DNA of 64,000 nucleotides, from positions 19,408,001 to 19,472,000 of the forward strand of contig NC_045697.1 of NCBI RefSeq assembly GCF_009834535.1, given 5' to 3'. Below the pieces are notes generated by a model. That model was not told where the DNA came from. It saw nothing but the letters and a program-made list of their open reading frames with translations, and ran no database searches. Numbering within the stretch: position 1 is the stretch's first letter; every line of letters starts with the position of its first letter. This stretch comes from Camelus ferus. Its lineage: Eukaryota. This document shows, piece after piece, positions 50,901-63,119 of this stretch. Made by a program: the position numbers and the translations under genes.

Positions 50901-51964
50901 GATCCATCCCATGAACGAGTTCAAGTAGACAGAAGTCTGAGTTCAGAGACTCCCAAGAGCATCAGGACTCAGAGAAACAAAGGTGGCACTGACTTTTCTT
51001 TCTTTTTTTTTCTCTCTCCTTTTTTTTTTTTTTTTTTTCTGAGTCCAAGCAGCCACTTGAAGCTTTTGAATTTTTACTAGAGTGTGCAGTTGGCAAAGAA
51101 AGTGGCTTAGGATCCTACTAAAGCTTCTGTGAGCTATAGGTCTTCAGTGGGATATTTAAAGAATTTTCTACATATCTTGGTCCCTATTCAATCCTTCTTT
51201 TCCACTAAAAAAAATTTAAAGATTCAGAAAGGATTTTGGTTTGGTAATGCAGCTTGGCAGAAAAAGAATTAAGATCCATGTAAGTCAGCAGAGCAAAAAT
51301 TTGTGTTATCTTAACCATGAAATTTTAATAAATCAGTGAACAAATGAAACTGGTGTGATAGAGTCATAACCTGCAAATCTTTTGTCTGTCAGTTTCACAC
51401 TTGAGTTTTTATTAATGATGGCTATTAATGCATTCATGTGTGAAAGACACTAATTCATAGCAGAGAAATAACAGCTCTCACTTTGGATCCAACTCTGGGG
51501 TCTATAGTGTATGAGCCAATCAACACACTTGAATGCTAAATGCTTACTGGGGACGGGGCATCAGGGACCCACCTGCCAGGAGACTTTTCTCACTGATCAG
51601 CACAACCCAGGAAAGAGTCACAGCCATTCTGAAAACTTTAATGGTTTGACCAATGGATATGTGAGCAATTTATAATAAGCTGCCTGAGAATTCCTAATTT
51701 AATTTCTTATTCTAACTACTGTGAGAGTTCAGGGTGTCAATGTGGCTTGGGAATATGAAAGTGAAAATGAGAATGATAAGTAGAATTTCAGACTTTTCTG
51801 AGGATAGAAGAAAATGCCTTTCATTCAGGAGTCTAAGATTAGTCTTTTATGAATTAATAAAGAAATACTTTTTGAATGTTCCAAAGAGTATGCCTCATGA
51901 TCAGTCAAAGGCTCACCTCTGTACTGATGATGCTCGGTTAGAGGAGGCAAATTACTGGGCTGTG

Positions 51965-52190
51965 AGCAGGGGCAGGAAGCTTGAGGTGACGGTAAATGTC
52001 TAACAACTGACTCTCAGGGAAAAAAAAAAAACAAAACCTGATTAGAAGCATTTGCCAATTTCCATGGTGACTCCCTGTCTCCAATTTCAAGCTACCTAAC
52101 CGACTATGATTGAATGTGGATTTGGGAAGGGATGTGTCCCGTTGGCTGTCAGCGGTTAGTACAACCTGGCATCAGCAGTTATATTCCTGC
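51965..52190. mobile_element. MER63-like hAT MITE
   Basis: ggtaaatgtctaacaactgactctc...cctgattagaagcatttgccaatttccatggtg...atttcaagctacc...ttgggaagggatg. Confidence 0.75.
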
Positions 52191-53221
52191 AAAGAGATTT
52201 CAGGGACAGAAGCCACACAGAAGTCATTTCTGTTTGGACTTTAAAACAATGTAGACACAGAGGAGTTGAGCCATTTAAGGATTTCTCTTCCTTTCTTTTG
52301 ATTTTTGATTTCAGGGATTTTTTTTCCCAAATGAAAAATAAATGAAACCTTCACTGCTAACATGAAGGACAATGCTGTTTATATCCTCTTAGATATGTCT
52401 TACATTAAAGACTGTTGAGACCAAGTCCTGAGCTGTCTCAAACATGGAGCGGCTTAATGAAGCAACCATACCAAATGACACATCCATCCAGGTGATCGGA
52501 ACGCTCGCTGGATTTTTTTAAATTGAACTCTGATTCCAGTTTTAATTTTTCAGAGGCATGTTATATGAGATTAAAGGACTTTTTTCAGTGATTCATTTGA
52601 GTCTATTATGAGTAAGTTGACATCTCTGGAGAGCCTTTGAATATTTTATGATGTGTACTGAGGCACTGCTAATTGGAGACAGTTAATACTCACCTACGCC
52701 AACTCACTCTTTCCCTAGTGCAGCCTCTCAACCCCATCAGTCTCAGAGCTGCTGTGTTGAAAAATTATTCTAAAACCGCTCAAAACAGAGGGGGCATAAG
52801 AGAACCATATGATGTGCCCTCATTGTTCTGAATGCCTTCAAGTAGATGCTGGAAGTGTCAGTTTTGACCCAGATTCTCTGTGGTTTGGGGTGGAGTTTAT
52901 CTTATCAGGTGCCTCCCCTCACTCTAGGCTGTGCTCAGTCAGGCTGAATTAGCTGATCTGCCTGAGAATCTTACGTTCTGTGTGTTCCCCACAAAGCAAC
53001 TGTTCACTCATCATGTGAGGATGCTGGAGCCATCAGAGTCTCGGAGGAGGCCTAAAATGACCCATCTCTTGTAGGTTCTTTGATATGTGGTGCTTGCTTT
53101 CCTTTACCGCAGGCAACAGCCCAAATCTACATCATCTATCGTAGTCCAGGCACTGAGACTAGGGTCAGGGTGGGAAGGGTGATGAAGTCAGCCCACTAGG
53201 ATGTTTAGAACAATGCGCAGA

Positions 53222-53331
53222 AATGTGTGTTCAAGGATGCTTTTCCTGGTTGCTTATAATAGTCAAAAATTGGAAAACAATGCAAATGTCCCCAAACAGG
53301 AAACTAGAAAAATTAAGTTATGGTTCAGCAA
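53222..53331 (+). mobile_element. Old L1ME-type fragment, host of two LTR insertions and continuing to ~54600
   Basis: caaggatgct...ttataatagtcaaaaattggaaaacaatgcaaatgtcc; resumes tataatgagattctatgcaatc after the LTR. Confidence 0.7.
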
Positions 53332-53810
53332 TGTCGACCGAAATAAATGCGCAACCTAAAAGCTGAGAGTTATGTTTTATTTGGCGGGAGGACTCGAGCC
53401 GGGATGACAGCCTCTTAGATGACTCTGAGGGACTGCTCTGAAGAGGTAGGGGAGGAGCCAGGATATATAGGAGCTTTACAACAAAGACCAGGAAGTTGGA
53501 ACAATAAAAGATTACTTGTTAACTAAAGAAAACCAGGCATCTCCAGTTAAAGAATTTAGTGCTTTTCTATGCATGGGAGAAAGCAAACATTTGGGCTCAT
53601 TGAATTCATTCCTTTGACAAGCCCCTAGCTATCTAGGGCCAGTATCCTGTCCTTTCTTATTCTGAGTCCCCTCAGGGTGCACCACTGTGAATGGCTGCAG
53701 AGGCCGGGCTGCAGGCTTGACTTCCCTGGGGGGTGGCGACAGCGGCTGATGACTTCATGGTTTCAGCATTCTTTGTTTACTGATATGGTTTGCAGTATTT
53801 TTCGTTCACA
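53332..53810 (-). mobile_element. Young ERV1-class solo LTR
   Basis: TG...CA ends, perfect 4-bp TSD gcaa (53328-53331 and 53811-53814). Minus-strand TATA (ggatatatagg ~53461) and AATAAA (~53377). About ten CpGs retained. Confidence 0.92.
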
Positions 53811-53856
53811 GCAATATAATGAGATTCTATGCAATCACTTAAAGTATTAACATAAA

Positions 53857-54365
53857 TGTATATTTACGTATAAGGGTTCTCCAGAGGATATGTATGTATG
53901 TATGTATGTATATACATATAATTGAGAGAGAAAGAGACAGAGAGAAGGGAGAGGCAGAGGCAGAGACAGTGAGATGAGAGGGAGAGAGAAGATTTATTAT
54001 GAGGAATTGGCTTACATGATGCTGAAGGCTCTGATCTGTTGTCTGCAAGCTCCAAGCTCAGGAAAGCCGGTGGTGTGATTCAGTCCAAGTTTGAAGGCCT
54101 GAGAACCAGGGGAGCTGATGGTACAGGAGAAGATGTTCCAGCTCAAACAGTCAGGCACAGAGAAAGAATTTGGGGATTGGATGAGGCCCACCCACATTGG
54201 GGCGGGCGGGGGGGAGGGGGGAGCTGCCTGCTTAACTCAGTCCACTGATTCAAATGCTAATCTTAGCTGGAAAGCCCTCCCAGACACACCCAGAAATAAC
54301 ATTTAGCCAAGTATCTGGGAATCCTGTGGCTTGGTCAAAAGGACATATACAATTAACCATTGTCA
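53857..54365 (-). mobile_element. ERVL LTR, MLT2B-like
   Basis: agggttctccagag...gatttattatgaggaattggcttacatgat...gaaggcctgagaaccagggga...ctcagtccactgattcaaatgctaatct...cagacacacccagaaataa. Confidence 0.9.
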
Positions 54366-54929
54366 CTTTTAAGACCTAAATGAATGAACAATCCATAATT
54401 AAGAAAGCATTTGTAATATATCTCATTGATGTAAAAGATATAAATATATATATATATTTATATATATACATATATGCATATAAATGAGTAGACGGATTAA
54501 GGCATTTGGGGATTATGAATATTCTTTTTTCTGTTTTGTCTATCTACATTTGTACATGAACAGACACCATGTAATAATGAAATAATGGCAAAAGCTGAAA
54601 AATAAGAAAAGAAAGTGGTTAGAAATGCTCCGTTTAAGAGGGATCTTTATGAGGCTCTGGCGGTGCGCCTGCCTCCTTGGACTTAGTCCACCTCGTCCCC
54701 TGTTCCTACCCTTCTGCCCTGTTCCCCCACCCCCTGAATCCTGAATCCTCCCTTCAGGGAGATGCAACACAAACCCCACAAAGAGGATTGAATGGTTTTG
54801 CTATTTACGCCTAAGGATTCTCCTCAGGACCATAGTGTGAAGACCCGGATACCAGAGTTTTCTCATGAAAGTTAGGGAAGCTGGAACTATTTTGAAAATG
54901 CCAGCAAGGAAGAAGTCCCTGCTGGAATC

Positions 54930-55330
54930 TACCGGCTGGTGTGCCGGTGATGACCCATCCTGGTCAGCACCCTCGCTGACTCAGACACCCAGCTGTGCTC
55001 TCAGTTTCCCTGGGCCTCTCCCGCTGACTGTGCTCCTGCCACAAGAGACCGCAGAGCCCGGAGAAATGCTCGGGTCGCTAATCGGGGTGCAGCTGCCCGG
55101 TGGCTCAATCCTACTTGACGTCTGTGTCAGCACCTCCCCCGCCTCCTCTAAGTCTCAGTCCCAGAGCTGTGTTTTTAGCTTTCCTAAATGGAAGCATGTC
55201 TCAAGAGGAGGATTAGCCAATTGGCCAAAGAACAACGAATCAATTTAGTTTAAAATAGTTTCTTTAATGGCGGTATTTTGCAAATACGATAACTTTCCAA
55301 GGCACTGCGTGCTTTTGTCTGAAATCCTTG
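54930..55330. promoter_or_regulatory. Candidate enhancer/promoter-like element
   Basis: Local CpG and GC rise; TGACTCA 54977, TGACGTC 55116, GC box 55137-55146, CCAATTGG 55217. Motif evidence only. Confidence 0.4.
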
Positions 55331-55477
55331 GGGAGCCAGGAGTGGGCTTGCTTTTCACCTAGGCAGGGAGAGGTTGCAGTGGACCGCCTGCTTTCTGCTG
55401 GATGAAAAACTGGGCAAGAAAAGGGTAAAACTTTTAAACTACCTGAAATGTGATGACAACTGCTTAGGGTGTTTCTT

Positions 55478-56239
55478 TCCTTTTTTAAAATTTTTTAAAT
55501 ATTGAAGTATAGTTTATTTACAATGTTGTGTTAGTTTCCGGTATACAGTGAAGTAATTCAATTATAAATACCTATATATATTCTTTTTCAGATTCTTTTC
55601 CATTATAGGTCATTACAAGATACTGAATATAGTTCCCTGTGCTACAAGTAGGTCCTTGTTGTTTGTCTATTTTATATATAGTAGTGTGTATCTGTTAATC
55701 TCAAACTCCTAATTTATACCCGCTCCTTTTCCCTTTGGGAGCCATAAGTTTCATTTATCCTGTCTGTGAATCTGTTTCTGGTTTGTAAATAAGTTCATTT
55801 GTTATTGAATTATTTTTAAAAAGTAATGATAATAATAACATAAAACTATATATATATATATTTTAGATTCCACATGTAAGTGGTATCATATGATATTTGT
55901 CTTTCTCTGCCTGACTTACTTCACTTATTGTGATAATCTCTAGGTTCATCTATGTTGCTGCAAATGGCATTATTTCATTCTTTTTATGACTGAATAATAT
56001 TCCACTGAAATTATATACCACATCTTCTTTATCCAGTCATCTTTTGATGGACATTTAGGTCGATTCCATCCCCTGGTTATTGTAAATAGTGCTGCTATGA
56101 ACATTAGGGTGCATATATCTTTTCAAATTAGAGTATTCCCCAAATATATGCCCAGGAATGGGATTGCTGGATCGTATGGTAACTCTATTTTTAATTTTTA
56201 AGGAACCACCATACTGTTCTCCATAGTGGCTGTACCAGT
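55478..56239 (-). mobile_element. 5'-truncated L1 (3' UTR plus ORF2 end)
   Basis: Perfect 14-bp TSD ttagggtgtttctt (55464-55477 and 56240-56253); attgaagtatagtttatttacaatgttgtgttagtttc...ttagattccacatgtaagtgg...gggattgctggatcgtatggt. Confidence 0.95.
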
Positions 56240-57479
56240 TTAGGGTGTTTCTTGGGTGTTTTATCTTCAATAAAAAGAAGAATGAGAATTATCAAAACCC
56301 ATAAAGAAAGGATAGTTAAATAATCTATAGCCTTGTCTATAGATCAACTAATTGATTACAAGAATGATCTGACAAGGTCTTCTGGCACTGAAATATATCC
56401 CCAGTGACACAGAGGTTCACAACTGATGTTTTAAAGTAAAAAATCTCTTATCAGACAATAAGCCAAATCATTAGGACATGTATCTCATTTGAAGTAGAAA
56501 ACTGCATTTGGGCAACACTGCCTAATAACTGAAATCAGAAATATTGCCAAACTTTGAGATACATGAAGATAGCGCTGGTTAATTCTTTAATGGCACCACA
56601 AGAAATTACCTTCTAGGCCCCCAAGATTAAATGGTACATGTGATTCCAGCATTTTTGTTTACTTTGTTCTCCAAGAGTTTAAAATGTAAAGCAACCACAC
56701 ATGTTAATAAAGATGAAAAATTACATATAACACATTTTCTAAGCAGCTACTAAATGTCAAACACCAAGTATAAGTTATTTCTTTTCCATTTGGTAATTGT
56801 GAAATGTAGACCTGAGTAGCATTCTGCCTTCTCAGATCCAAAAACCAAGGCCAATGAGTTTCATCTTTTCCAAAACCTTCCAGCCAGGAAGTGGTTGAGC
56901 CCAGTTTTGAACTTTCTAGCTGTAAAAGTGCCTGGCTTCCGATGAACCCTGTGACCTTTCAGTTATGTAAATAGCATCCATGCATAAAAAGAGAGTTGTA
57001 TTTTAGAAAACTCAGAGGTGAGAATGAAATTACCTAAAAAAGATTTGTTCAGCAAGCGAGTGTGAGGTGAATCAAATATGGAGGCTGGAGAAAGGAAGTG
57101 TTAGGGTAACGGAGTATATCCTGGATCGTTCCAAATGCTAAGTCATCCTACAACCCACGGAGAAAGGAAAAAGACAAGATTAGATGACAGACAGAAATGT
57201 TAGGATGAGAAACAAGACAAGGGAGTTAGTCATGAGTTCCTTGGAGACTAAGTCCTGCCAGAGCCCAGCACAGAGCCTTCCTTACATAACCTTGGTGTTC
57301 TACAAGTATTTTCCAAGTAAAGGAGCAGAGTACTTCACGACATGGATATTGAGGACTTAGACTGAAGCTAAAATTACTGGGACGTAGAGTCCAGATCTTC
57401 CTGTCCCTGGTAGTTCTCACACTACCTGGGACCTGGCTTTATTTCAACTAGGAAACAACCCAACCTGGGAAATTTTAGC

Positions 57480-57690
57480 ACAGGACTTCTGCAACGGAGT
57501 TTCATGGATGGGCTTGTCTGGGGAAGGAGGGTCTACACAGAGGTGTCTATTGTTGTGTTTACACCCAATACAATTTTTAGAGTGTATGTACCTTTTAACA
57601 AAGAAAAAGAACCCATAGTCTTTATAAGATTCTGAAGGAGAGCTCTGAATTATTTTTAAAAAGTAATGATAATAATATAAAACAATGGGA
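57480..57690. mobile_element. Possible degenerate hAT-Charlie MITE
   Basis: catggatgggctt...ccatagtctttataagattctgaagg loosely resembles recalled MER112-type elements. Confidence 0.3.
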
Positions 57691-58299
57691 AACCAAAGAA
57701 GATTCAGAGATGGGCCTTTCCGTTCTATTCACTTTCTTCTCTCCAGCTTCAAAAATACCAAAATTATTTTTGACTGCAGTCCTTTTTTTCATGCTGAACT
57801 CTTAAATGCTGTCACCTCCACATTTTGTCCACTAACTCCTCCTCATCCTTTGGAGCCCAGAATTTTCATCAAGTCTTTCCTGAGTACTTTAGTTCCCACT
57901 GATTTAATTTCTTCCTGCTCTGAATTTCTATAGAACTCATGGTGTATCCTGCACAATTTCCCATTTGATTATATAGCGCCTGTCCTTGTTTCATAAAGTG
58001 GACTTTTTCTTGCTAATGGATTAAGCAGTCCTTGCACACAGGGACCACACTGTAGATTAGTGGCTCAAAGCACACATGGGGCTGAGTTTTTTTTTTCTTA
58101 CCACGTGCCCTTGGACAAGTTATTAAACCTTCCCTATATTTTCAGACTGAAACATTACTCTTATGTTGTGATGTGTAAAGGGTCTGAGATAAGAATTTCC
58201 AAGAACAAAGCCACCAAATGTTTTCATCGGAGTTAAGAGAAGACACAGCCGAGACCCAGAAAGCTGACCTGGGAGAGGGGGAGAGGTTTGGATGTGGTG

Positions 58300-58980
58300 A
58301 TCCCGTGGGCCCCCTCAACCTGTTCTGTTTCCCTGCCTTTGCTGAATCAATGACGCAATGCCACCACTGACCTCCATGCCCTGCTTTTGCAAAAAAGCTA
58401 GGTAGAGCCAGGTACCTTTCTGGGCCTCAGGAGTAGCCGCTGACTAATACAGAGGGGAAGACAAAGCCATCTGTTGAGCAAGAGAAAGAATGGGGCGGGG
58501 GCACCAGTGAATTGTTCTCTCTTCATGTTTTGTTTCCAATCAAAAGAGCAGAGGAAGAGATCTTAAGACACTTCAGAGAGAAGGCAGGCAGCATCCCTGC
58601 CACTGCCCAGGCAGAGCAGAGGAGGGGCCGACACTCCTCTCCAGGGAGTCTGAGCTACACGTTCTCCCTGGACTCTCTCCAGACACTTGGGAGAGCCCTC
58701 CAACGTGGTGCAGGGCTCAGGTGAAATTCTGCTCCAATAGACTAATTCTTTCATAGGGTGGCAACAGCAGCAGCAGCAATGTGCGTGTGTCTGTGTTGCA
58801 TGTGTGTGTGTGATGAGGGAAGCACTGATTACAAGGGGTGGCACCTTTAGGGGAACAGCCACGAGACAAGGAGAGGCCCCCAAGTAGAGCAGCACATCAG
58901 TGAAGGAGTAATCACCAAAGCTGGTGGTAAGCAAGCACTCAGAAGCCTTCCTTTCCATTTTGGTAAGAAGGTAAAGTTTT
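58300..58980 (+). promoter_or_regulatory. Candidate promoter and non-coding first exon
   Basis: TGACGCAA 58351, GC box 58492-58501, CCAATCA 58536, then donor-like sites at 58721, 58927, 58963 and 58971. Confidence 0.3.
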
Positions 58981-61900
58981 GGGGATTGAGGAAAGCTGGG
59001 GTTCCATCACCCCTGCTCATAAGGCTCTTATCAAGATGTATTTGGTTTCGTGACCATAGAAGGAAGGTTACATACGTCTTTAGAATCTAGGGCTCAGACT
59101 GCCTTTCCAGGAAGGGAATAAATGTTACCTAAACGCCTCAACTAAAACCCTGAAACTACACTCAGAGCTTTTGCACACACATGTGTGCATGCGCACACGT
59201 GTATGAGGTACATTACATATGTACATACAGCACCTACATAAAACTGTATCTTCAGAGCTACAAACATGTGGAAGACTTGTTCTGTGCAGCTTTCCCTCCT
59301 GTCGATGCAGACGATCATTTCATAAAGCTAAGGTTGTAGGGGTCAGCGGGGAGCCTACTTTCTATGGATTTCTCAGACAAGAAATTTACCCTCTTGGAGG
59401 CAGGGTCTTAGAGGCTTCTGAGGAGACTTCATTTTTATACAACTGATTTCCAAACAAGTGACTACGAAAGTAATGAATGTTCGTGTCAGAGAACCTGAAA
59501 AAAAGTGTATAAAAGGCCAAGGAGAAAATGAAAATCACCCACAACAAAACCTTTTTGAGAGAAAAGGGATCCTTTTGTTATTTCAATATAAACTCCTTTG
59601 CATTCAATTCAATTGGAAAAGCATCCACTGTGCCCCGTGACCCCTGTGCAGGGAGGCCACTGCTGGGACCCGTGCTGGAGTAACACTCGGCCCTCTTCAA
59701 GGGCCTGGAAACGGAGGAAGGGCTCTGACCACTCTCCTTGTATGGGATTCGGCGCTACCTCGATGGCTGTTGGCATGAGGTTCCAGCCTAAGCACACTTG
59801 TCATATTTGCCAAGCCACTGAGGGCTTTGACGAAGAACAGAAGCCTTTAAAACTCCAATAACAGGCTAAATCAAATGGGAGAACAGCTTTTTATCCTTTG
59901 TGTCTAACATCAGGTTCCAAAGGGTGGAGTTCAGCTGAGACAAGACCGCATCGCCGCAAAGAACTGATGGCGAAGGTGTACTAACTTGCCTTTTTATTTG
60001 GATGACTTGGGGAGGAGGCCGTTGCCAGAGGGATCTGATGCAGATTGGGGCAGACTATGAACCAGCTGGGTGTCTCCCACGTGTGGGTTGAAGTCATCCT
60101 GACCAAATTGCCTGAGACAGGTTGTACAAAAGCTATCAGCTGCTCCTGCCTTTTCACTTGCCACCGGTTTCTTCTAGTCATTTCTTATTACCGTCTTTGT
60201 GCATAAATGCTTCCATAAGATGGCTGCATTTATTCTTTGGGTAACACATGCTTAGGAGGAACTTATATTTTCAGGGGACAATTTGGAGTAGAAGAGGAGG
60301 TGGTGGCAGCTTGGAGGCTACAAATGACTTTGGCAATTATGGGTGTGCACAAGGCAGCTTGGTTTCCAAATGATTCCAGGAAACCAGGGAGCATCTGTGC
60401 CTCCTGGAGGTTGTTTTCCTGCCTCTGTAGTGGGATCTGTGCTTGTAGGTGACGGTGCTGTAGGTGAGGCAGATGCAGGCAAACATCTCCACATGTACCC
60501 ACCGCCCCCCACCTGCCTAGCCCACATCCAGCTTGAGCAGAGCAATCAGAGAAGGGAAAGAAAATACAACATAACGAAACAAAGCAAACGTTGCACGCGT
60601 TAATGAAGAAAACTCACAAGTGGAGGAGGGTTAGCAAACAACTGAGATGATGGGTTTGGGGTCGGCTCTGTGTTTTAAATTAAAATCTGAAATGAAATCC
60701 CTGTGGGTTCGGAACAACTAAGCAGCTCCTTGTGAACTGTCCACAGCTGCTCAGATGCTAATTTTCTTTCTTTTCTGCAGGCATTTTGGGGAAATAAGCA
60801 AGGAAAGGAAATATACCTGCACTGTTTGAAATGCTTCTTTTCATACCCTTGTCTGCTGACCATTAGCATCTCAGACAGCTCGTGTTTGCTGTTGCCAGTT
60901 GTGCTGTGAAGTTGGAAGACCAGGGACTTTAGCATCTTTCTCCTCTAAGGATTCAGGAGGAAAGTCTCCATGACTGCCCATGTTCCTTTGGGCCACTGGA
61001 GCAAGTATTACCCCATCTGGGTGTTGTGTGGCTTCAATTCTAAGGGGGCCACTCCCGGAATTCACATTTCATCCCTGCATCTATTCCAGAATTAAATCCT
61101 CCTGATTTTTTAAGGATTTCTTCTCTCCCAGTTTCATCTGGGGTCATTGACTTTGGATTATGTGGCAGTTGTGGTATGTTTTTCATAGCCCCTGGCTTCT
61201 TTGTCTCTTCTTTGTCTCAGCCCACACATTTCCAAGCTTGCCTCCTTCGAAATGCACCCTCCACTTTGGTGCCTCCTGGTTTCTCAGAGCACGTGGTGAG
61301 AAGCCAGCAATTAGGAATGAGTGATGCTCCAGGAATCAGAACAGAAGAATTTTGTTCCTGTCACTAGTAAACAACATCCTTATCACCTGAGGCAACCTCT
61401 TTAAATTGAAAGCCTTATTATTATTATTTTTAACTTATCTCTAACATGGGGCAAAAGGAGTGTTGTGAGGATCAAATATGACAATGAATCATTTAAAAAC
61501 CTACAAAGATAGAAGCCCTCTATACAACTGAGGTAATATGTCTCTGTGGTCTCTGTTTTGACTCAGTTTGGTATTAGAGAGAATGTGGATTTCTATTTGA
61601 GGCAGATCTGCACAGCTAGGATTTTGGCTTCTAGATTCAAGTTTGAGCACAGTTAAAATGGAGGCTGCCACTCACCACACGGTTCCATATAACTCTCTTG
61701 GATGTGTGTGTCTTTGGTACCTTCCTATATTCTCCTATTATTTGAGTCTGGTAAAAAGAAAGCCATGGACTGAGGGTAATTTTTTTATAGACTGTACTTC
61801 AGACAACTCAAAATCAATAGTTTTCTTTGTTGAAGGCACCCGGGAAAGTAGAACATAAGGACTCATAGGGGTTTCCTATTGCTCTTTGAGGCCAATGGTA

Positions 61901-62224
61901 AAACTTTATGGTATCCTCATAAAATGCATGGTTGAGCACAAGGGAAATTGTATTTCATTATAGTTTATCATTGTGTGATGATGGATAATCCTGCCTGTTG
62001 TAACACTTGACATTCAGTATACATGTGGGTCAGAGAGCCTCTGTGTCTCTCCTCCTAGTGGCTTGGGGTTTATCAGGCAGCAAGAGGACCTGAGGGTGGG
62101 TTGATGGAGGGATGACAGACTGTGCGAAGGCAGCTGTGGCTTTTCAGAGACCCAAGGGATGCAAATAAAATTAATAATAACCCCTTGCTTAGAATGCTTG
62201 GGCATAAAAAAGTGGATAAAACCA

Positions 62225-62455
62225 GCAATAATAGTAACAACAACAACAACAGTAATAATAACTAATGCATATTTATGAAGCATGTAGAATATCTCAGGCT
62301 TGGAGCTTATCATTTTTACATGCATTTTCTCCTTGGAGCCCCATCTCACAGCCTCCCTGTGAGTTAAGCACCATGATCATCCTGATTTTACTGGTAAGAA
62401 AGCTGGGTCTGAGGGAGACTTTCCCAAGCTTGCCCAGCCTGTAAGAGGAAGTCGT
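62225..62455 (-). mobile_element. MIR
   Basis: aataataactaatgcatatttatgaagc...tctcacagcctccctgtgag...ttttactggtaagaaagctggg. Confidence 0.75.
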
Positions 62456-62484
62456 GTTTCAGAGGAGTGGCAGAAGCTGACTAG

Positions 62485-62910
62485 TCATTCATCAAACCTG
62501 TTTTTGCTTCTTCTTGGGCGCACAGCTAGGCTGTATTTCCCAGCTCCCCATGCAGGTAGGTGCGGCCATGGGCTGAGTTCCAGCCAATGGGATGAGAAGG
62601 GAGTGATGCACAGAAACCCTGCCAGACCTGTACAGCCTCCCATAACCTCTTGTTCAGGCTCCTTGCCTGTGTTCCTCCTAGACTGAGAGGACTCTAATCT
62701 CCAGGGGACAGTAGAGACACCAGACTGAAGGAGCCTGGGACCCTGAATGACCACATGGAGGAGAGCCGCCTGCCCACGAGGAACGCTTACTTTCTAAATT
62801 CAACTCCATCTAAGTGAGAAATAGATTTCTATTATGTCCTACTATTGAAACATTGACACCTATTTGTTATAGTAGCTTTTTAGCGTTTATCCTTAGTCCC
62901 CAGTTAATAT
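62485..62910 (+). mobile_element. MaLR LTR, MLT1I/J-like
   Basis: gctgtatttcccagctcccc...gagttccagccaatgggatg...gaaggagcctgggaccctgaatgaccacatggaggagagcc...gtgagaaatagatttctattatgt. Confidence 0.85.
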
Positions 62911-63119
62911 ATCCCTAGAAAGGATAGCCTATTAAACAGTACATTGCTCTCGACTTCGATGTATTATCATAGAAAGAAGTTCACTTATGAGGAAAAAATG
63001 AAATCAACAGGTACTCCATATTTAAAATGCTTGGTGACTGAGAAGCCCAGGATGTCTTAGTCTGTTGAAGTTCAACAACGTATTTTACTATAACATACCT
63101 CAGTCTTTTGTTTTACTTT

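Noticed and set aside
56055..56270. 71-aa minus-strand ORF
   Set aside because: Reading through degenerate L1 ORF2 sequence, mostly out of frame.
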